Shown here piece after piece: positions 8,093 to 18,650 of a stretch of DNA of 64,000 nt. A model generated the notes under the pieces. That model ran no database searches, had not been told where the DNA came from, and was given only the letters and a program-made list of their open reading frames with translations. The stretch's first letter is position 1. Each line of letters starts with the position of its first letter. Position numbers and translations under genes: made by a program. The DNA lies in IMG/VR virus record IMGVR_UViG_3300023174_000042, positions 208,577 through 272,576 of that record. One strand, written 5' to 3'.

Positions 8093-9289
8093 TTATTTTA
8101 TATACGCACTGAAATCATCTTCTCCTTTATTTTTTTCTAATGCTGCGATTAATTCTTTTTCATCAGATTTATTTGATGCAACTTGTTTTTCTTTTTGATA
8201 TTCCCCATATGTTCCTATAGCAGACAACAAACCTAAATTAATTAAAACGGGTTTAAGTGCTGGACTTTTGAACAAACTTTTAATACCATTTATAATTGTT
8301 TTAATAAAACTTGAAATACCAGAAAGTGCCTTTGAAAATAATTTTGAAAAGAAGGTTCCCTCCTTGAAGTATTTAGCAGCACTTGTAAACTTTGATGGTA
8401 AAGATTTTAGAGCATCAATTCCTGTTTTTAACATTTCCATAAATCCTCTGTTTTTTGCTAAAGATTTCCCAACTTCCCCACTTGCTTTAGCGGCACTAAT
8501 CGCACCTTTTGCGGATATTTTGGCCGCTTTTGCGGCACTTCCAGCAAAAACTAAACCAATTACATCTATAATAAAAAATACAATTCTCATCCACATTGGT
8601 TCGGTTGGATCTTCATAGTCTCCTGTAACTAGTTCATATATATCTAAACCTACGACTATTGCCCAAACAACTAACTGAGGCACTTTACCTATACCAGTCG
8701 CAACTAAAATAGTATCTATAATAATACCAACAGGACTATAAACTGCTTGTCTAATTTTTCTAGCCAACCATTTAGCACCTTTTTTTGCCAACATTAAAAT
8801 TTCGTTCCAATCCCCTTTAGATATGGCCAATCCTAATTTTTTTATACCATCCCAAGAATCAACAACAAAATCAGAAACGCCTTTTACTGTTGATTTTGCG
8901 GTATCAGAAACCCAACTTGTAAAGTTATCCCACAAATTTTCTTGTAGATAACTTTTTACTAATGGTTTTATTGAAGATAGATCAACATCATTTTCGACCA
9001 ATAAAAGGTTGTCAAAAACATTTCTTGCCTCTTCTTTTATTGATTTTTTTAAACTTGAAACTCTAAAGGTGTGTTCTAAAAAAAGAATTAAATTGTCAGG
9101 TCTTTCCCAAATATTTCCTAAACTTTTTCCTTCTTTAAGATCAATAAGATCATCTAAAAAAATTACATATCTTTCATCAGGAGACAACCAATCCGTAAAA
9201 ACCAAATTTTCCAACATAATATCTTTAGTATTTACATACTTAGATAAAATTCGTTGTTTTTCAGATTCTTGAATTATTATTTTTTTCAT
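8093..9289 (-). CDS. leader-bearing multi-helix membrane protein
   Basis: MKKIIIQESEKQRIL leader; several hydrophobic segments. Confidence 0.75.
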   Translation of the reverse strand: MKKIIIQESEKQRILSKYVNTKDIMLENLVFTDWLSPDERYVIFLDDLIDLKEGKSLGNIWERPDNLILFLEHTFRVSSLKKSIKEEARNVFDNLLLVENDVDLSSIKPLVKSYLQENLWDNFTSWVSDTAKSTVKGVSDFVVDSWDGIKKLGLAISKGDWNEILMLAKKGAKWLARKIRQAVYSPVGIIIDTILVATGIGKVPQLVVWAIVVGLDIYELVTGDYEDPTEPMWMRIVFFIIDVIGLVFAGSAAKAAKISAKGAISAAKASGEVGKSLAKNRGFMEMLKTGIDALKSLPSKFTSAAKYFKEGTFFSKLFSKALSGISSFIKTIINGIKSLFKSPALKPVLINLGLLSAIGTYGEYQKEKQVASNKSDEKELIAALEKNKGEDDFSAYIK

Positions 9290-9318
9290 TTTCTTTTATA
9301 AATATCAATATTAATGGA

Positions 9319-9552
9319 TTATAATAAAGTATTTGCTTTACCTCTTGTAATTTTATTTAAGTCTTTCCACTTAGCCTTATAATCTATTTGGTTTGCAACA
9401 CCCCTTGTCAAACCCGTTTCCCATTTTGTTACAGTAGGATAAGTTGTTCCTCCTGCTCCACCAGCATCACCTTGTTCATCTATTTCAGAATTTTTTTGTT
9501 TTTCTGAACGAGTATATGTTTTCAATAAATAAATAATTTCGTCTAAATCCAT
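9319..9552 (-). CDS. hypothetical protein
   Basis: TATTTAT upstream; internal IDE followed by short TRG-x-AN repeats. Confidence 0.65.
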   Translation of the reverse strand: MDLDEIIYLLKTYTRSEKQKNSEIDEQGDAGGAGGTTYPTVTKWETGLTRGVANQIDYKAKWKDLNKITRGKANTLL

Positions 9553-9613
9553 TTTTTTTATAAATATTATAATTAGAATAAAAAAATATTTATATTTGTA
9601 GAAAGAAACAATT

Positions 9614-10117
9614 ATGAAAAATTTATTTTATTTATCGGTATTGGTTTTGGTTTTTTCATCTTGTATGAAATACGCAGAACCACAATTATTAAGTCTAAGT
9701 GGTGAGTATCGAATTGACAAAATTACTTATGAAAATAGAGATAACTCTGGTTTGAATCAGGTGTTTTATCCTGGTGATTTATATGTTAATCAAAGTGAAA
9801 CCAAACCTTTAGACTCAATTTCAGTCGGGTTTACTCGTATGGCGTTAGACTATTCTGTGATTTATTTTAATCCGATTGATGATCCAAGCACCGGATCAAC
9901 AACATGGACCAAAAAGTTCACATATACAATTCAAGGACACCATAGCGTTTATGATTTAGGATATATTGTATTTAATTACGACGGCACAAGACGTGTATGG
10001 AAAATTATCGATGATGGAACTGAAAGTCTTGTAATTAGAACTTCGGGAAGTTATGATTATGGAAACAGCACCAGTGGAGAAACAACCACAATGTATTTAA
10101 CTCGAGTTGGTCCTTAA
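9614..10117 (+). CDS. lipoprotein, lipocalin-like
   Basis: Lipobox FSSC; LSGEYRI; TATATTTG at 9591-9598. Confidence 0.7.
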   Translation: MKNLFYLSVLVLVFSSCMKYAEPQLLSLSGEYRIDKITYENRDNSGLNQVFYPGDLYVNQSETKPLDSISVGFTRMALDYSVIYFNPIDDPSTGSTTWTKKFTYTIQGHHSVYDLGYIVFNYDGTRRVWKIIDDGTESLVIRTSGSYDYGNSTSGETTTMYLTRVGP

Positions 10118-10413
10118 ATCAAGTCAATTTTTGGTAATTTGTCAGGATAAACAATATAGTATTCATTTAGAAATGATATTAAATTGTCTTCGTCGATTGA
10201 TGTTGATTCGCCCCAAAAAAATTCATCATCTTCTTCTTCGTCACCCATATCATGATCTTCCAAAATCAAGTCAAAACCAAAATCATTAACATCTGATAAA
10301 TTAATTATGTCCAATCTAATTTCTTCTTCTGAGTCCGTGATTAAACGAAACTGAACTTCTATTGTATTATCAATTTCATGTAAATAATAAAATATTAGTT
10401 CAGAAACTTCCAT
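10114..10413 (-). CDS. acidic hypothetical protein
   Basis: 99-aa ORF. Confidence 0.65.
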   Translation of the reverse strand: MEVSELIFYYLHEIDNTIEVQFRLITDSEEEIRLDIINLSDVNDFGFDLILEDHDMGDEEEDDEFFWGESTSIDEDNLISFLNEYYIVYPDKLPKIDLI

Positions 10414-10417
10414 CTTT

Positions 10418-11011
10418 TTAATTGTATTTTTTAAATCTTTTAAACATGTCTAAAGATTCGTTTAATTTTGAAATAAAGTCAGGTAATATTTCTTCATCAA
10501 TATTTGAATACATTTCTGAATCATCAAATTCTTCTTCTTCGGTCTCTTCAAGTTCTTTTGACATGTCTTCCGAAGAATAATCTTCTAACTGGTCAATATC
10601 GTATTCGTATTGATCTTCGTTGTTGTCTAATTCATCTGTCATATTACCAAAAGAAATGTATTCTTCTTCATTCTCATTTGGTGACGGATAGATATCGTGC
10701 ATAAATTGAGTATTTCTGTTGTCAGTATCTTCATAACTATCAATATCTACCGTTCCATTTTTTAAATCCATAGGGCCATCACCAATACGATCTAATGGTT
10801 GTTCGTTAATTCTAAAATTTGTGTAGTTTCCAATAGTTCCATCATTTTTTAATGAAATTCCATTTTTATCATTTGCCAAATCCTGAACATATAAAGGATA
10901 TTGATTACTTTGTTGGTTATATTTTGTAACATACCCATCATAAACATGTTTATGTTGGTCTAAAATATTTTCTTTTTCTTGTTTATTCATTTTGAAAAAA
11001 TATGCATTCAT
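10418..11011 (-). CDS. acidic protein with EKENILDQH-type leader
   Basis: Start reassigned to 11011 after TATTTAT; INE/LNES sites. Confidence 0.7.
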   Translation of the reverse strand: MNAYFFKMNKQEKENILDQHKHVYDGYVTKYNQQSNQYPLYVQDLANDKNGISLKNDGTIGNYTNFRINEQPLDRIGDGPMDLKNGTVDIDSYEDTDNRNTQFMHDIYPSPNENEEEYISFGNMTDELDNNEDQYEYDIDQLEDYSSEDMSKELEETEEEEFDDSEMYSNIDEEILPDFISKLNESLDMFKRFKKYN

Positions 11012-11124
11012 AAGTTCTTTTTTTTTTATAAATATCATTTGGTTCAACAAATATTTGAAATATTAATAATTGTTCTATTTTTAATTGAAATAAACTTTGT
11101 TTTGTTTAGATATTTATTATTGAT

Positions 11125-11745
11125 ATGAAAATAATTTTAACTGAGGATCAATATATTTCATTACTTAAAGAAGAAAAAGAAAATGAAATTGAACAAACTT
11201 TTACAAACTCAAAAAAATTTACAAAAAGATTATTAAGGGATGTTAAAAATCAATATGGGATTGATTTTAATTTTGCTTTAACTTGGGGTTCTGTAATCGG
11301 TGGTTTTGTTGGTCCAATATCAAAATACTTAGAAGGAAAATATACAAATCTTTCAAAAACTGATATTACATTAATTTGTTTTGGAATAGTTCTAACTTTT
11401 TTTTCTGAAAACAAAGAAAAATTACACAAAGTATTAGAATTAATAAAGGAAAACAAATTAATTACTTTTTTTGATCATGCTTTAATGAAAGCTTACGATT
11501 TAAAAGATGCGTTTTTTAATTTTTTGGAGTCTTTAAATATGACATTTTCAAAAGTTTCAAATATGGTCGCTTATACTTTTTTGGTCCCTCTGATTCCCTT
11601 ATTAAAAAATTTGGCAGATATGGATTTATCTTCAGATCAAATTCATTTATTGTCGATGGGCGTGTCCCACTATACAGGAACAATAATTTCTTCAAAAATA
11701 ATTACCGAATTAATCAAAAAAATAATTAAAAGATTTAGATCTTAG
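11125..11745 (+). CDS. leader-bearing membrane protein
   Basis: MKIILTEDQYISLLKEE; TATTTAT upstream. Confidence 0.75.
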   Translation: MKIILTEDQYISLLKEEKENEIEQTFTNSKKFTKRLLRDVKNQYGIDFNFALTWGSVIGGFVGPISKYLEGKYTNLSKTDITLICFGIVLTFFSENKEKLHKVLELIKENKLITFFDHALMKAYDLKDAFFNFLESLNMTFSKVSNMVAYTFLVPLIPLLKNLADMDLSSDQIHLLSMGVSHYTGTIISSKIITELIKKIIKRFRS

Positions 11746-12340
11746 AATTGTAATCTAAAATCATTTTAATAATATTTTGTTCTTCTTCGTTTGACAGGTG
11801 GTGAATGTCTTTGTGAGTTCTAAACCAATTTCTTACCAACTCTTCAAATGGTCTCTTGGTTATTTTTTTCATTCTTCTAAATCCATAAACTTGAGCATCA
11901 ATTTCTTCAGGACTAGAATAATATTCAAAAGGTGTTCTATCATCATTATTATTCAAATCAAACATTTCGGTATCTCTTTGATGTAAATGTCTTAATTCGT
12001 GTGAAACTAATTCATTTAATTCACCAATTAAATCATAAAGCAATTGATTTTTGTTTTTAGGGTTATATACGATTTTAATAGCGATAATATCATCATTTTT
12101 GTAAAATTCGGCATTTACCATAAATCCATCTATGTCATAATCTTGTTCAATAATTAATTCAATTGAAATGGATATGTCTGAAAAGTTGTATTCAATTTCA
12201 TCTTCTTTGATTTCTTCAGGAAGATAATATTCACCTTCAGATTCTTTTTTGAAAACACTTATAATGTCTCTAACAATTTCTCTAATTAATGAATCGTTTT
12301 TTGAAGTTTCTAATATTAAACTTTTTTTAATTTCAATCAT
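11735..12340 (-). CDS. putative zinc metallopeptidase-like protein
   Basis: HELRHLHQ...YYSSPEEIDA. Confidence 0.6.
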   Translation of the reverse strand: MIEIKKSLILETSKNDSLIREIVRDIISVFKKESEGEYYLPEEIKEDEIEYNFSDISISIELIIEQDYDIDGFMVNAEFYKNDDIIAIKIVYNPKNKNQLLYDLIGELNELVSHELRHLHQRDTEMFDLNNNDDRTPFEYYSSPEEIDAQVYGFRRMKKITKRPFEELVRNWFRTHKDIHHLSNEEEQNIIKMILDYNSKI

Positions 12341-12398
12341 ATTGATAAATATTGGTTTATAGTTTATTATTAGTATAAATAAAATGTAATTTAATTGT

Positions 12399-13367
12399 AT
12401 GAAAAAAAAATTTGATTTTGAAAATATAACCTTGATTCCAAATTATAGTTATGTAGAAAGTAGAAGTGAGTGCAAAACAACTATTAAATTTGGTCATTTA
12501 GAGTTTAAATTACCAATAGTTCCTTCAAATATGGAAAGTATTATAGATTCTAATTTGGCTATCAAATTGGCGAAAAACAATTATTTTTATATAATGCACA
12601 GATTTAACATAAACCCTGTTGAATTTACAAGTCAAATGCATCGTCTTGGTTTATATTCTTCAGTGTCTATTGGTGTTAATGAAGACTCTTACGAATATAT
12701 TAATCAATTTGTAGAGTTAGGTCTTTGTCCTGAATACATTACAATTGATATTGCTCATGGTCATTGTGTTAAGATGAAAAAAATGGTGAAATACATTAAA
12801 GAAAATTTACCAAATACATTTTTAATTGGTGGGAATGTTTCTACACCAGATGCGGTGGAAGATTTACAAAAGTGGGGTTGTGATGCGATCAAATGTGGTA
12901 TTGGTGGTGGATCGGCATGCACAACATACCATTCGACAGGTTTCGGAAATAGGGGATGGCAAGCAAATATGATTTTGGATTGTTCTAAAGTTTCAAAAGT
13001 TCCGATCATCGCCGATGGGTCAATTAAAGAACATTCCGACATTGTAAAAAGTTTGGTTTTAGGAGCAACTATGGTAATGGTTGGGGGAATGTTATCCGGT
13101 TATGTTGATTCACCTGGAGAGAAGGTTAAAAACTTGGTGGATGGTCTATGGTATAAAGAATTTTGGGGGAGTGCTTCATCATCACAATCAGGAAAAACAA
13201 ATAGAATCGAGGGTATTAGAAAATTAGTTCCATTCAAGGATTACTCAATATTCACCAAACTAACTCAAATTGAAGAATCTTTACAAAGTGCTATATCATA
13301 CGCAGGAGGGAATCACTCTAATTTAGAGTCTTTTAATAAGGTCGAATATTGTATTAAAATGAATTAA
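12399..13367 (+). CDS. guaC: GMP reductase
   Basis: SNMESII, ITIDIAHGH, GIGGGSACTT, IIADG, LQSAISYAGG. Confidence 0.9.
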   Translation: MKKKFDFENITLIPNYSYVESRSECKTTIKFGHLEFKLPIVPSNMESIIDSNLAIKLAKNNYFYIMHRFNINPVEFTSQMHRLGLYSSVSIGVNEDSYEYINQFVELGLCPEYITIDIAHGHCVKMKKMVKYIKENLPNTFLIGGNVSTPDAVEDLQKWGCDAIKCGIGGGSACTTYHSTGFGNRGWQANMILDCSKVSKVPIIADGSIKEHSDIVKSLVLGATMVMVGGMLSGYVDSPGEKVKNLVDGLWYKEFWGSASSSQSGKTNRIEGIRKLVPFKDYSIFTKLTQIEESLQSAISYAGGNHSNLESFNKVEYCIKMN

Positions 13368-13369
13368 AA

Positions 13370-13957
13370 TTACCACGCTTTGCAGCTCCAATATCTTGCT
13401 TTCCATCTTGGTCCAGGATTATCACAATTCATTCTTGCTCTAAAAGATTTTCTTCTTGCCGGATTATTTTTTTTGATAACCATTCGTTTTCCGTGTGCAG
13501 ATTTACCACCAAAACCAAAATTTACTTTAACAACATTTCCTTTGTCGTTTTTTACATATACTTTGAATTTTTTTATGTCTCCTTGCATTATCTTTCCAAG
13601 TTTTACTTCTCGACCTTTATATTTTGCTTCAGATAAATAAATTGGATCCTCCATAGGGATTTCTAAATAAACAACTTGACCATTTTCTAAAATAACTTTT
13701 TTACCTAAGTCAGACTCAACAATAAATCTGTCTTCATCATTTAAATCAATAAAATCAAAATTGTATAATCTTCTTACTTCGTTAATTAAGTTTATAAAGG
13801 ATTTTGAATAATCTTTAAGCGGTGTTTCGCATAAAGGTATTTTTTTATCCAAGTGATATTTTAATTGATCTGAAACTTTAACATTTTCTTTAAGTTTCAT
13901 AGGGTGATAAAAGATTTTTTCTAAAGATCTCCTAACAATATTTTCAACTATTTTCAT
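13370..13957 (-). CDS. leader-bearing protein with C-terminal basic Cys/Trp module
   Basis: LSE followed by AKYKGREVKL...RRKSFRARMNC...ARYWSC. Confidence 0.75.
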   Translation of the reverse strand: MKIVENIVRRSLEKIFYHPMKLKENVKVSDQLKYHLDKKIPLCETPLKDYSKSFINLINEVRRLYNFDFIDLNDEDRFIVESDLGKKVILENGQVVYLEIPMEDPIYLSEAKYKGREVKLGKIMQGDIKKFKVYVKNDKGNVVKVNFGFGGKSAHGKRMVIKKNNPARRKSFRARMNCDNPGPRWKARYWSCKAW

Positions 13958-14011
13958 ACTTAATGATATTTATTTATATAAATATTAAAAGTATTTAAAA
14001 TTTGATGAATT

Positions 14012-14542
14012 ATGAAAATAAAACAAATAACAGAAAGAGATATTAATAAAATTGTTAGATCTGTTCTTAAAGAAGATGATATGTCTTTTAAATCAAAAAA
14101 GAAAGATAAAAAACCAAGTTGTCTACCTGAGAATGTGATTCCTCTTGACGAAATTGTCGGAAGATCTGATGAATACTCAAGATATACTCCAGGAATTACT
14201 AAAAGAATATCAGGAGTAAATTCTATGGTAGACACATTAGGTATATTAAACAACTTACGATTGTTTAAAGATGTTAAAGATGGGGGATCTCATTTGGCTT
14301 ACGAAATGATGAATCATTTAAATAGATTCAGAAATAAAAATTATTACGACGAAACAACCGGAAATTGTCACAAAGCAATGGATAAGATAATTGAATTGTA
14401 TAAAGAAAATGAACACGGGACAGAATTAGTAAAAGATATTGAGAGAGTTTTGAACCTTCAAACAAGAGAAGACGAATATACTCCGTCACCAAGAGCAAAA
14501 GAATATTTAAAGCAATCTATAAACTTAGTAAAAGGAATGTAA
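14012..14542 (+). CDS. leader-bearing hypothetical protein
   Basis: MKIKQITERDINKIVRSVLKE. Confidence 0.75.
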   Translation: MKIKQITERDINKIVRSVLKEDDMSFKSKKKDKKPSCLPENVIPLDEIVGRSDEYSRYTPGITKRISGVNSMVDTLGILNNLRLFKDVKDGGSHLAYEMMNHLNRFRNKNYYDETTGNCHKAMDKIIELYKENEHGTELVKDIERVLNLQTREDEYTPSPRAKEYLKQSINLVKGM

Positions 14543-14543
14543 A

Positions 14544-14795
14544 ATGAAAAGATTAAAAAGAATTGCAAGTTCTTATTGGGCACCTACACCAAAAAAGTGG
14601 AGAAAATTCGGAGATTCTTTATTAGCGGTAGCATCAGTTTTAGCGGTTGGTGGATTATGGCAATTTGACAATCTAAAAGATATATTTTCGCCATTTGAAA
14701 TCAAAGCGATGATCGTTTCATCTATTATTTTAGGGGTTTGTGGTAAATTTATTACCAACTTTTTTAAAGAAGACACTACAGAAAACTCTAATTAA
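14544..14795 (+). CDS. small two-TM protein, possible holin
   Basis: PTPKKWRKFG then two hydrophobic helices. Confidence 0.5.
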   Translation: MKRLKRIASSYWAPTPKKWRKFGDSLLAVASVLAVGGLWQFDNLKDIFSPFEIKAMIVSSIILGVCGKFITNFFKEDTTENSN

Positions 14796-14798
14796 ATC

Positions 14799-14829
14799 AA
14801 AAAACCCCTTAAAATAAAGGGGTTTTTTT
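14799..14829. terminator. bidirectional intrinsic terminator
   Basis: A-run CCCCTT..AAGGGG T-run between convergent genes. Confidence 0.75.
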
Positions 14830-14882
14830 GTATATATGAAGACAAAAAAGACATTTTTTTGATCTTTTTTGAGGAGTTTTAC

Positions 14883-15176
14883 TTATTTTTTACCCATTTT
14901 TTTAGCAAATTCATTCATTCTTTGACTAAAATCAGTTAATTTATTGTCAAAATTACCCATTTGACCCCCAAAATTACCCATATTTTTGTAAAAATCCTCT
15001 AAATTACCTAAATTTTCCATGTTTTCCATGAAATTTTGTGGATTTTGCATGTTTTTTAGGTCTTTTAGTGTTGAAAATAATGTTTTTCCATATTTTTTCC
15101 ACCAAAATATAAATAAAATGATAAAAATTAGTATAATTATACTAAAAACGAGTAAAGAAATAGATAAAAGTGTCAT
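14883..15176 (-). CDS. single-TM protein
   Basis: N-terminal hydrophobic helix, Met/Asn-rich tail. Confidence 0.6.
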   Translation of the reverse strand: MTLLSISLLVFSIIILIFIILFIFWWKKYGKTLFSTLKDLKNMQNPQNFMENMENLGNLEDFYKNMGNFGGQMGNFDNKLTDFSQRMNEFAKKMGKK

Positions 15177-15220
15177 AATTTATGTGATTTTACTTAAAAA
15201 TAGGTGTTTTTTTTATAAAA

Positions 15221-15877
15221 TCAATAAAAAGACTTAATATACCACTGTAATATCTCTTTTGTGAGTCTATTTATCCTATTTGTTGCTGATTGCGGTGTAA
15301 TTTCTTTATTTTGTCGTTCTAAATCAGTAATTGACGCTGAAATCATAATATTTCTGACATTTTCACCCATATCTATGATTTTTTCGATCAATTCTTCGTC
15401 ATTATCGTCTAAATCTCGTTGCATTCGGTATAAATCGAAGTATTTTGTTAGATATTCTTTAGTTTGACCTAAAATTTGACCTGATTGTAGCATATTTACT
15501 ACTCCTAACTCTCTAATTGCCATTAAAAAGTCTAAAACATATTGTAAATCAGCCTTTTTAAACAATTTTGACCACTCATGGTGTCTAATTAGATCATCTA
15601 AGTCAGTAAAACGGGCTTCTTGGAGGTTTTTTTGATTAAATTCAGGATCTAACATCCAAATATCACCTTGTGGGAGTAAAGATAAAGAAGAAATGACATT
15701 TCCATTGTCATCATACCACTCTACATCATACTTATAATTAAATTCTGACCCAAAACCAGGTTGTTCACCAATTTTTTTTACCTTTCCTTTGGTTCCTGTA
15801 TCAAGATCTTCACCTGGCATGTATATTAATACAATACGATCACCTTCTTTTAACTTAGGATTTTGTTTTTTATTCAT
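15221..15877 (-). CDS. two-module hypothetical protein (SH3-like N module, helical C module, joined at NLQE)
   Basis: LKEGDRIVL...GTKGKV; IRELGVVNM. Confidence 0.65.
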   Translation of the reverse strand: MNKKQNPKLKEGDRIVLIYMPGEDLDTGTKGKVKKIGEQPGFGSEFNYKYDVEWYDDNGNVISSLSLLPQGDIWMLDPEFNQKNLQEARFTDLDDLIRHHEWSKLFKKADLQYVLDFLMAIRELGVVNMLQSGQILGQTKEYLTKYFDLYRMQRDLDDNDEELIEKIIDMGENVRNIMISASITDLERQNKEITPQSATNRINRLTKEILQWYIKSFY

Positions 15878-15892
15878 ATAAATAAATATCTT

Positions 15893-18340
15893 TTATCTGA
15901 TAAGTGTGAAATTTCCTAAAAACTCTTTAACTTCATCAGTTTTAGGAGATTTAAACCTTAATTTCCAAGTATATATCCCATCTTGACACATAAAATTGTT
16001 ATAAGTCCCATCCCAACCTTCATAGGGATTAAAAGATTCCCAAATAATTTGACCCCAACGATTATAAATAACAAAAGTATAGTTAAAAATGTCCACACCA
16101 CTAGTAATTACTGGTTTAAGTATATTATTTCTTTCATCACCGTCAGGAGTAAAGGCATTTGGTATGTAAAATATTTCATTTGGACACAATTCTAAAGTAA
16201 TTGTAAAGTTTTCTGGGTTAGAAACACAACCATTATTCCATCTAACCCCTTGAAAAGTAAAAATTCCATCTGTATTCCATGTATGTGTTAATATATTTGA
16301 AGTAATTGTGTCTCCAAACACATACCATTGGTTAAAACCTCCCCCAACTGACGATAAATTAAAGAAATCTGTTAGAGTGTCTCCTTCACAAATTTGATGA
16401 TAAGTAAAATTTTGATCAGAAATACCGTTTGTAATTGGTAAAACACTTGGTCTTGGGTAAACTTGAACATGAATGGAATCAAAAAACCAACATCCCGATT
16501 GATTATACATGTAATAAACGGTATCAATACCAATAAATCCGTTATCAGGACAATATTGACTATTCCAAACATTCAAACCATTAAAAATTCCACCTTGAGG
16601 AGTTGCATTTAGGTTAATACAGTTATTGTATTCGCAAAACGGACCCATAGGTGTTATATTTGGTATAACATTTAAGTCGTAAATTGTAAAAGTTTGTGGT
16701 TGAGATTGACAACCCAACTGATTAACACCAATAACTGATAAAGTATTTGCGTAAAGTCCGCTATTTACACCTGAAACATTTAAGTTTATTGAATTTGGAG
16801 ATTGACCTAAAGTTATAACCCCAATTTGTGAAGTCCAATTATATGTTAAATTTAAAAAATTACTTGTAACGTTGTATAAATTACTTGTAGAATTGAAACA
16901 CACTGTATCAAATCCAGTTATTGGGTTGATTGTAACTTGTGGTGGGTTATTTAATGTTGTTGTTTGATTAGAAACACACCCATTTAGGTCAGTAACAACA
17001 ACAGAATAGTTTCCAAAACATAAATTAGTCGCTGTTTGTGTTGTTTGACCATTACTCCATAAATAAGTATAAGGAGCAAGACCACTTATAGGGTTAACTG
17101 TTGCAGATCCATTACAATCATTAAAACAAACAGGATCTGTTGGCGTAATTGTTGGTTGTTGTAATGGTGGTGGATTATTTAAAGTTGTTGCTCCATTATA
17201 AACACAGCCGGATCCATCAGTTAATGTAAATGTATAGTTTCCCGAACAAAGGTTATTTAAAGTTAATGTGTTTCCACCCATATTCCAAATAATATTAAAT
17301 GGTTGAGTCCCCCCAATAGGAGTAACAACAACAGATCCGTTGCAACCATTATTACACAAAGGATCAATTGGTGTAATTGTAGGGGGTGGTAAATTAGGGG
17401 TTAAAGTGACATGAATTGTGTCAGGACCTAACCCTACACCAACATTACAAACGGACCACCCAGCATTACAAGTTGGATATACAGGAATACAAGTATAATA
17501 CGCTCCTTGTGGTGGAGGATTTACAACTATTGATAAACCCGTTCCAATTGAATTAACATTTCCAACCTGAAACCACGTATAAGTCGGAGTTACAGTTGGT
17601 CCTTGTGGTGTATAACGATAAGAGTTATTAATTGTCGACCATTGTGTTGAATTTCTTCCTGGAACTGTAACTGCTGACGTTCCTAATAAATCGTGAATAC
17701 CTTGAACTGCGGTTCCTCCTGCCCACTGCGGACAATTTGGTTTATTTGCAATATGATTTTCAATAATGTTTGTTGATTCATATATTACAATATGAAATGT
17801 TCCTTGTAGATTAGTGCATGAAAACATTGGGACTCCGACCCAACTAACAACTAATTTTCTACAAGGAGCTGTTCCTGAAACTTGATATTTAATTTGACCT
17901 CCAAGACCAGGATTCCAATCTTGCCAAGGTCCCATAATACAATTTTTTGGTATTGTAATTCCAGCATTCGGAATAGACGCTGATGTAAAAGTTGTTGGCT
18001 GATTTGAACTAAATGAAATCCACCCATTAGACCCGATATAAAATTGATTATAAGTCTGACCATAAAAACAAAAATTAAAACCAATGTTAAATGGACCTGT
18101 TTGCGAATCATCGGTTAAAAAAACGTTTGTTCCTGTATTATTTTGAGCAACATAAGGGATATTTGTTACTCCGTAAGATGTGGTTTGTTTTGGTTGAGAT
18201 CCAGGTCCACACTGAGATAAGTCGGCCGTTAATGTTGTTTGATTTACACCACAAGGTAAAGTTAAATCAGGCCCTAAATACGGACAATACTGTGAGTATA
18301 TAAAAAGGGGAAACAAAAATAGAATTAATAATTTTTTCAT
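15893..18340 (-). CDS. secreted SprB-repeat protein with T9SS type-B (gliding motility-associated) C-terminal domain
   Basis: Signal peptide; PYTYLWSNGQTTQTATNL..GNYSVVVTD.NGC repeats; FYIPNAFTPDGD..N..IYNRWGQ..GWDGT..G.FTLIR. Confidence 0.88.
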   Translation of the reverse strand: MKKLLILFLFPLFIYSQYCPYLGPDLTLPCGVNQTTLTADLSQCGPGSQPKQTTSYGVTNIPYVAQNNTGTNVFLTDDSQTGPFNIGFNFCFYGQTYNQFYIGSNGWISFSSNQPTTFTSASIPNAGITIPKNCIMGPWQDWNPGLGGQIKYQVSGTAPCRKLVVSWVGVPMFSCTNLQGTFHIVIYESTNIIENHIANKPNCPQWAGGTAVQGIHDLLGTSAVTVPGRNSTQWSTINNSYRYTPQGPTVTPTYTWFQVGNVNSIGTGLSIVVNPPPQGAYYTCIPVYPTCNAGWSVCNVGVGLGPDTIHVTLTPNLPPPTITPIDPLCNNGCNGSVVVTPIGGTQPFNIIWNMGGNTLTLNNLCSGNYTFTLTDGSGCVYNGATTLNNPPPLQQPTITPTDPVCFNDCNGSATVNPISGLAPYTYLWSNGQTTQTATNLCFGNYSVVVTDLNGCVSNQTTTLNNPPQVTINPITGFDTVCFNSTSNLYNVTSNFLNLTYNWTSQIGVITLGQSPNSINLNVSGVNSGLYANTLSVIGVNQLGCQSQPQTFTIYDLNVIPNITPMGPFCEYNNCINLNATPQGGIFNGLNVWNSQYCPDNGFIGIDTVYYMYNQSGCWFFDSIHVQVYPRPSVLPITNGISDQNFTYHQICEGDTLTDFFNLSSVGGGFNQWYVFGDTITSNILTHTWNTDGIFTFQGVRWNNGCVSNPENFTITLELCPNEIFYIPNAFTPDGDERNNILKPVITSGVDIFNYTFVIYNRWGQIIWESFNPYEGWDGTYNNFMCQDGIYTWKLRFKSPKTDEVKEFLGNFTLIR

Positions 18341-18407
18341 ATACGATTTACGATATTAAGTTTAGTAAGTTGTTTTTATATGTTAAATGAAAATCTATAA
18401 ATATTAA

Positions 18408-18590
18408 TTACTTTGACTTCCATTCAAGATAAATAGTATGAATAACCATTAAATTAATCAATAAACAAAGAGAAGTTTCTAAAGCCCAATGCCAATTAAC
18501 TTGTGTCATTCCTAAATGAACCCCAAACCACATAAATGATCCGTATTTGTTCATTACTGTAATATAAAAGTATCTTAAAAAATTTTTCAT
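18408..18590 (-). CDS. small membrane protein
   Basis: 60 aa, TATTTAT upstream. Confidence 0.5.
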   Translation of the reverse strand: MKNFLRYFYITVMNKYGSFMWFGVHLGMTQVNWHWALETSLCLLINLMVIHTIYLEWKSK

Positions 18591-18650
18591 TTAATTATAA
18601 ATATCATTTTACAAAAACATTTTTTAATAGTATGTTTATTAAAAAAAACT

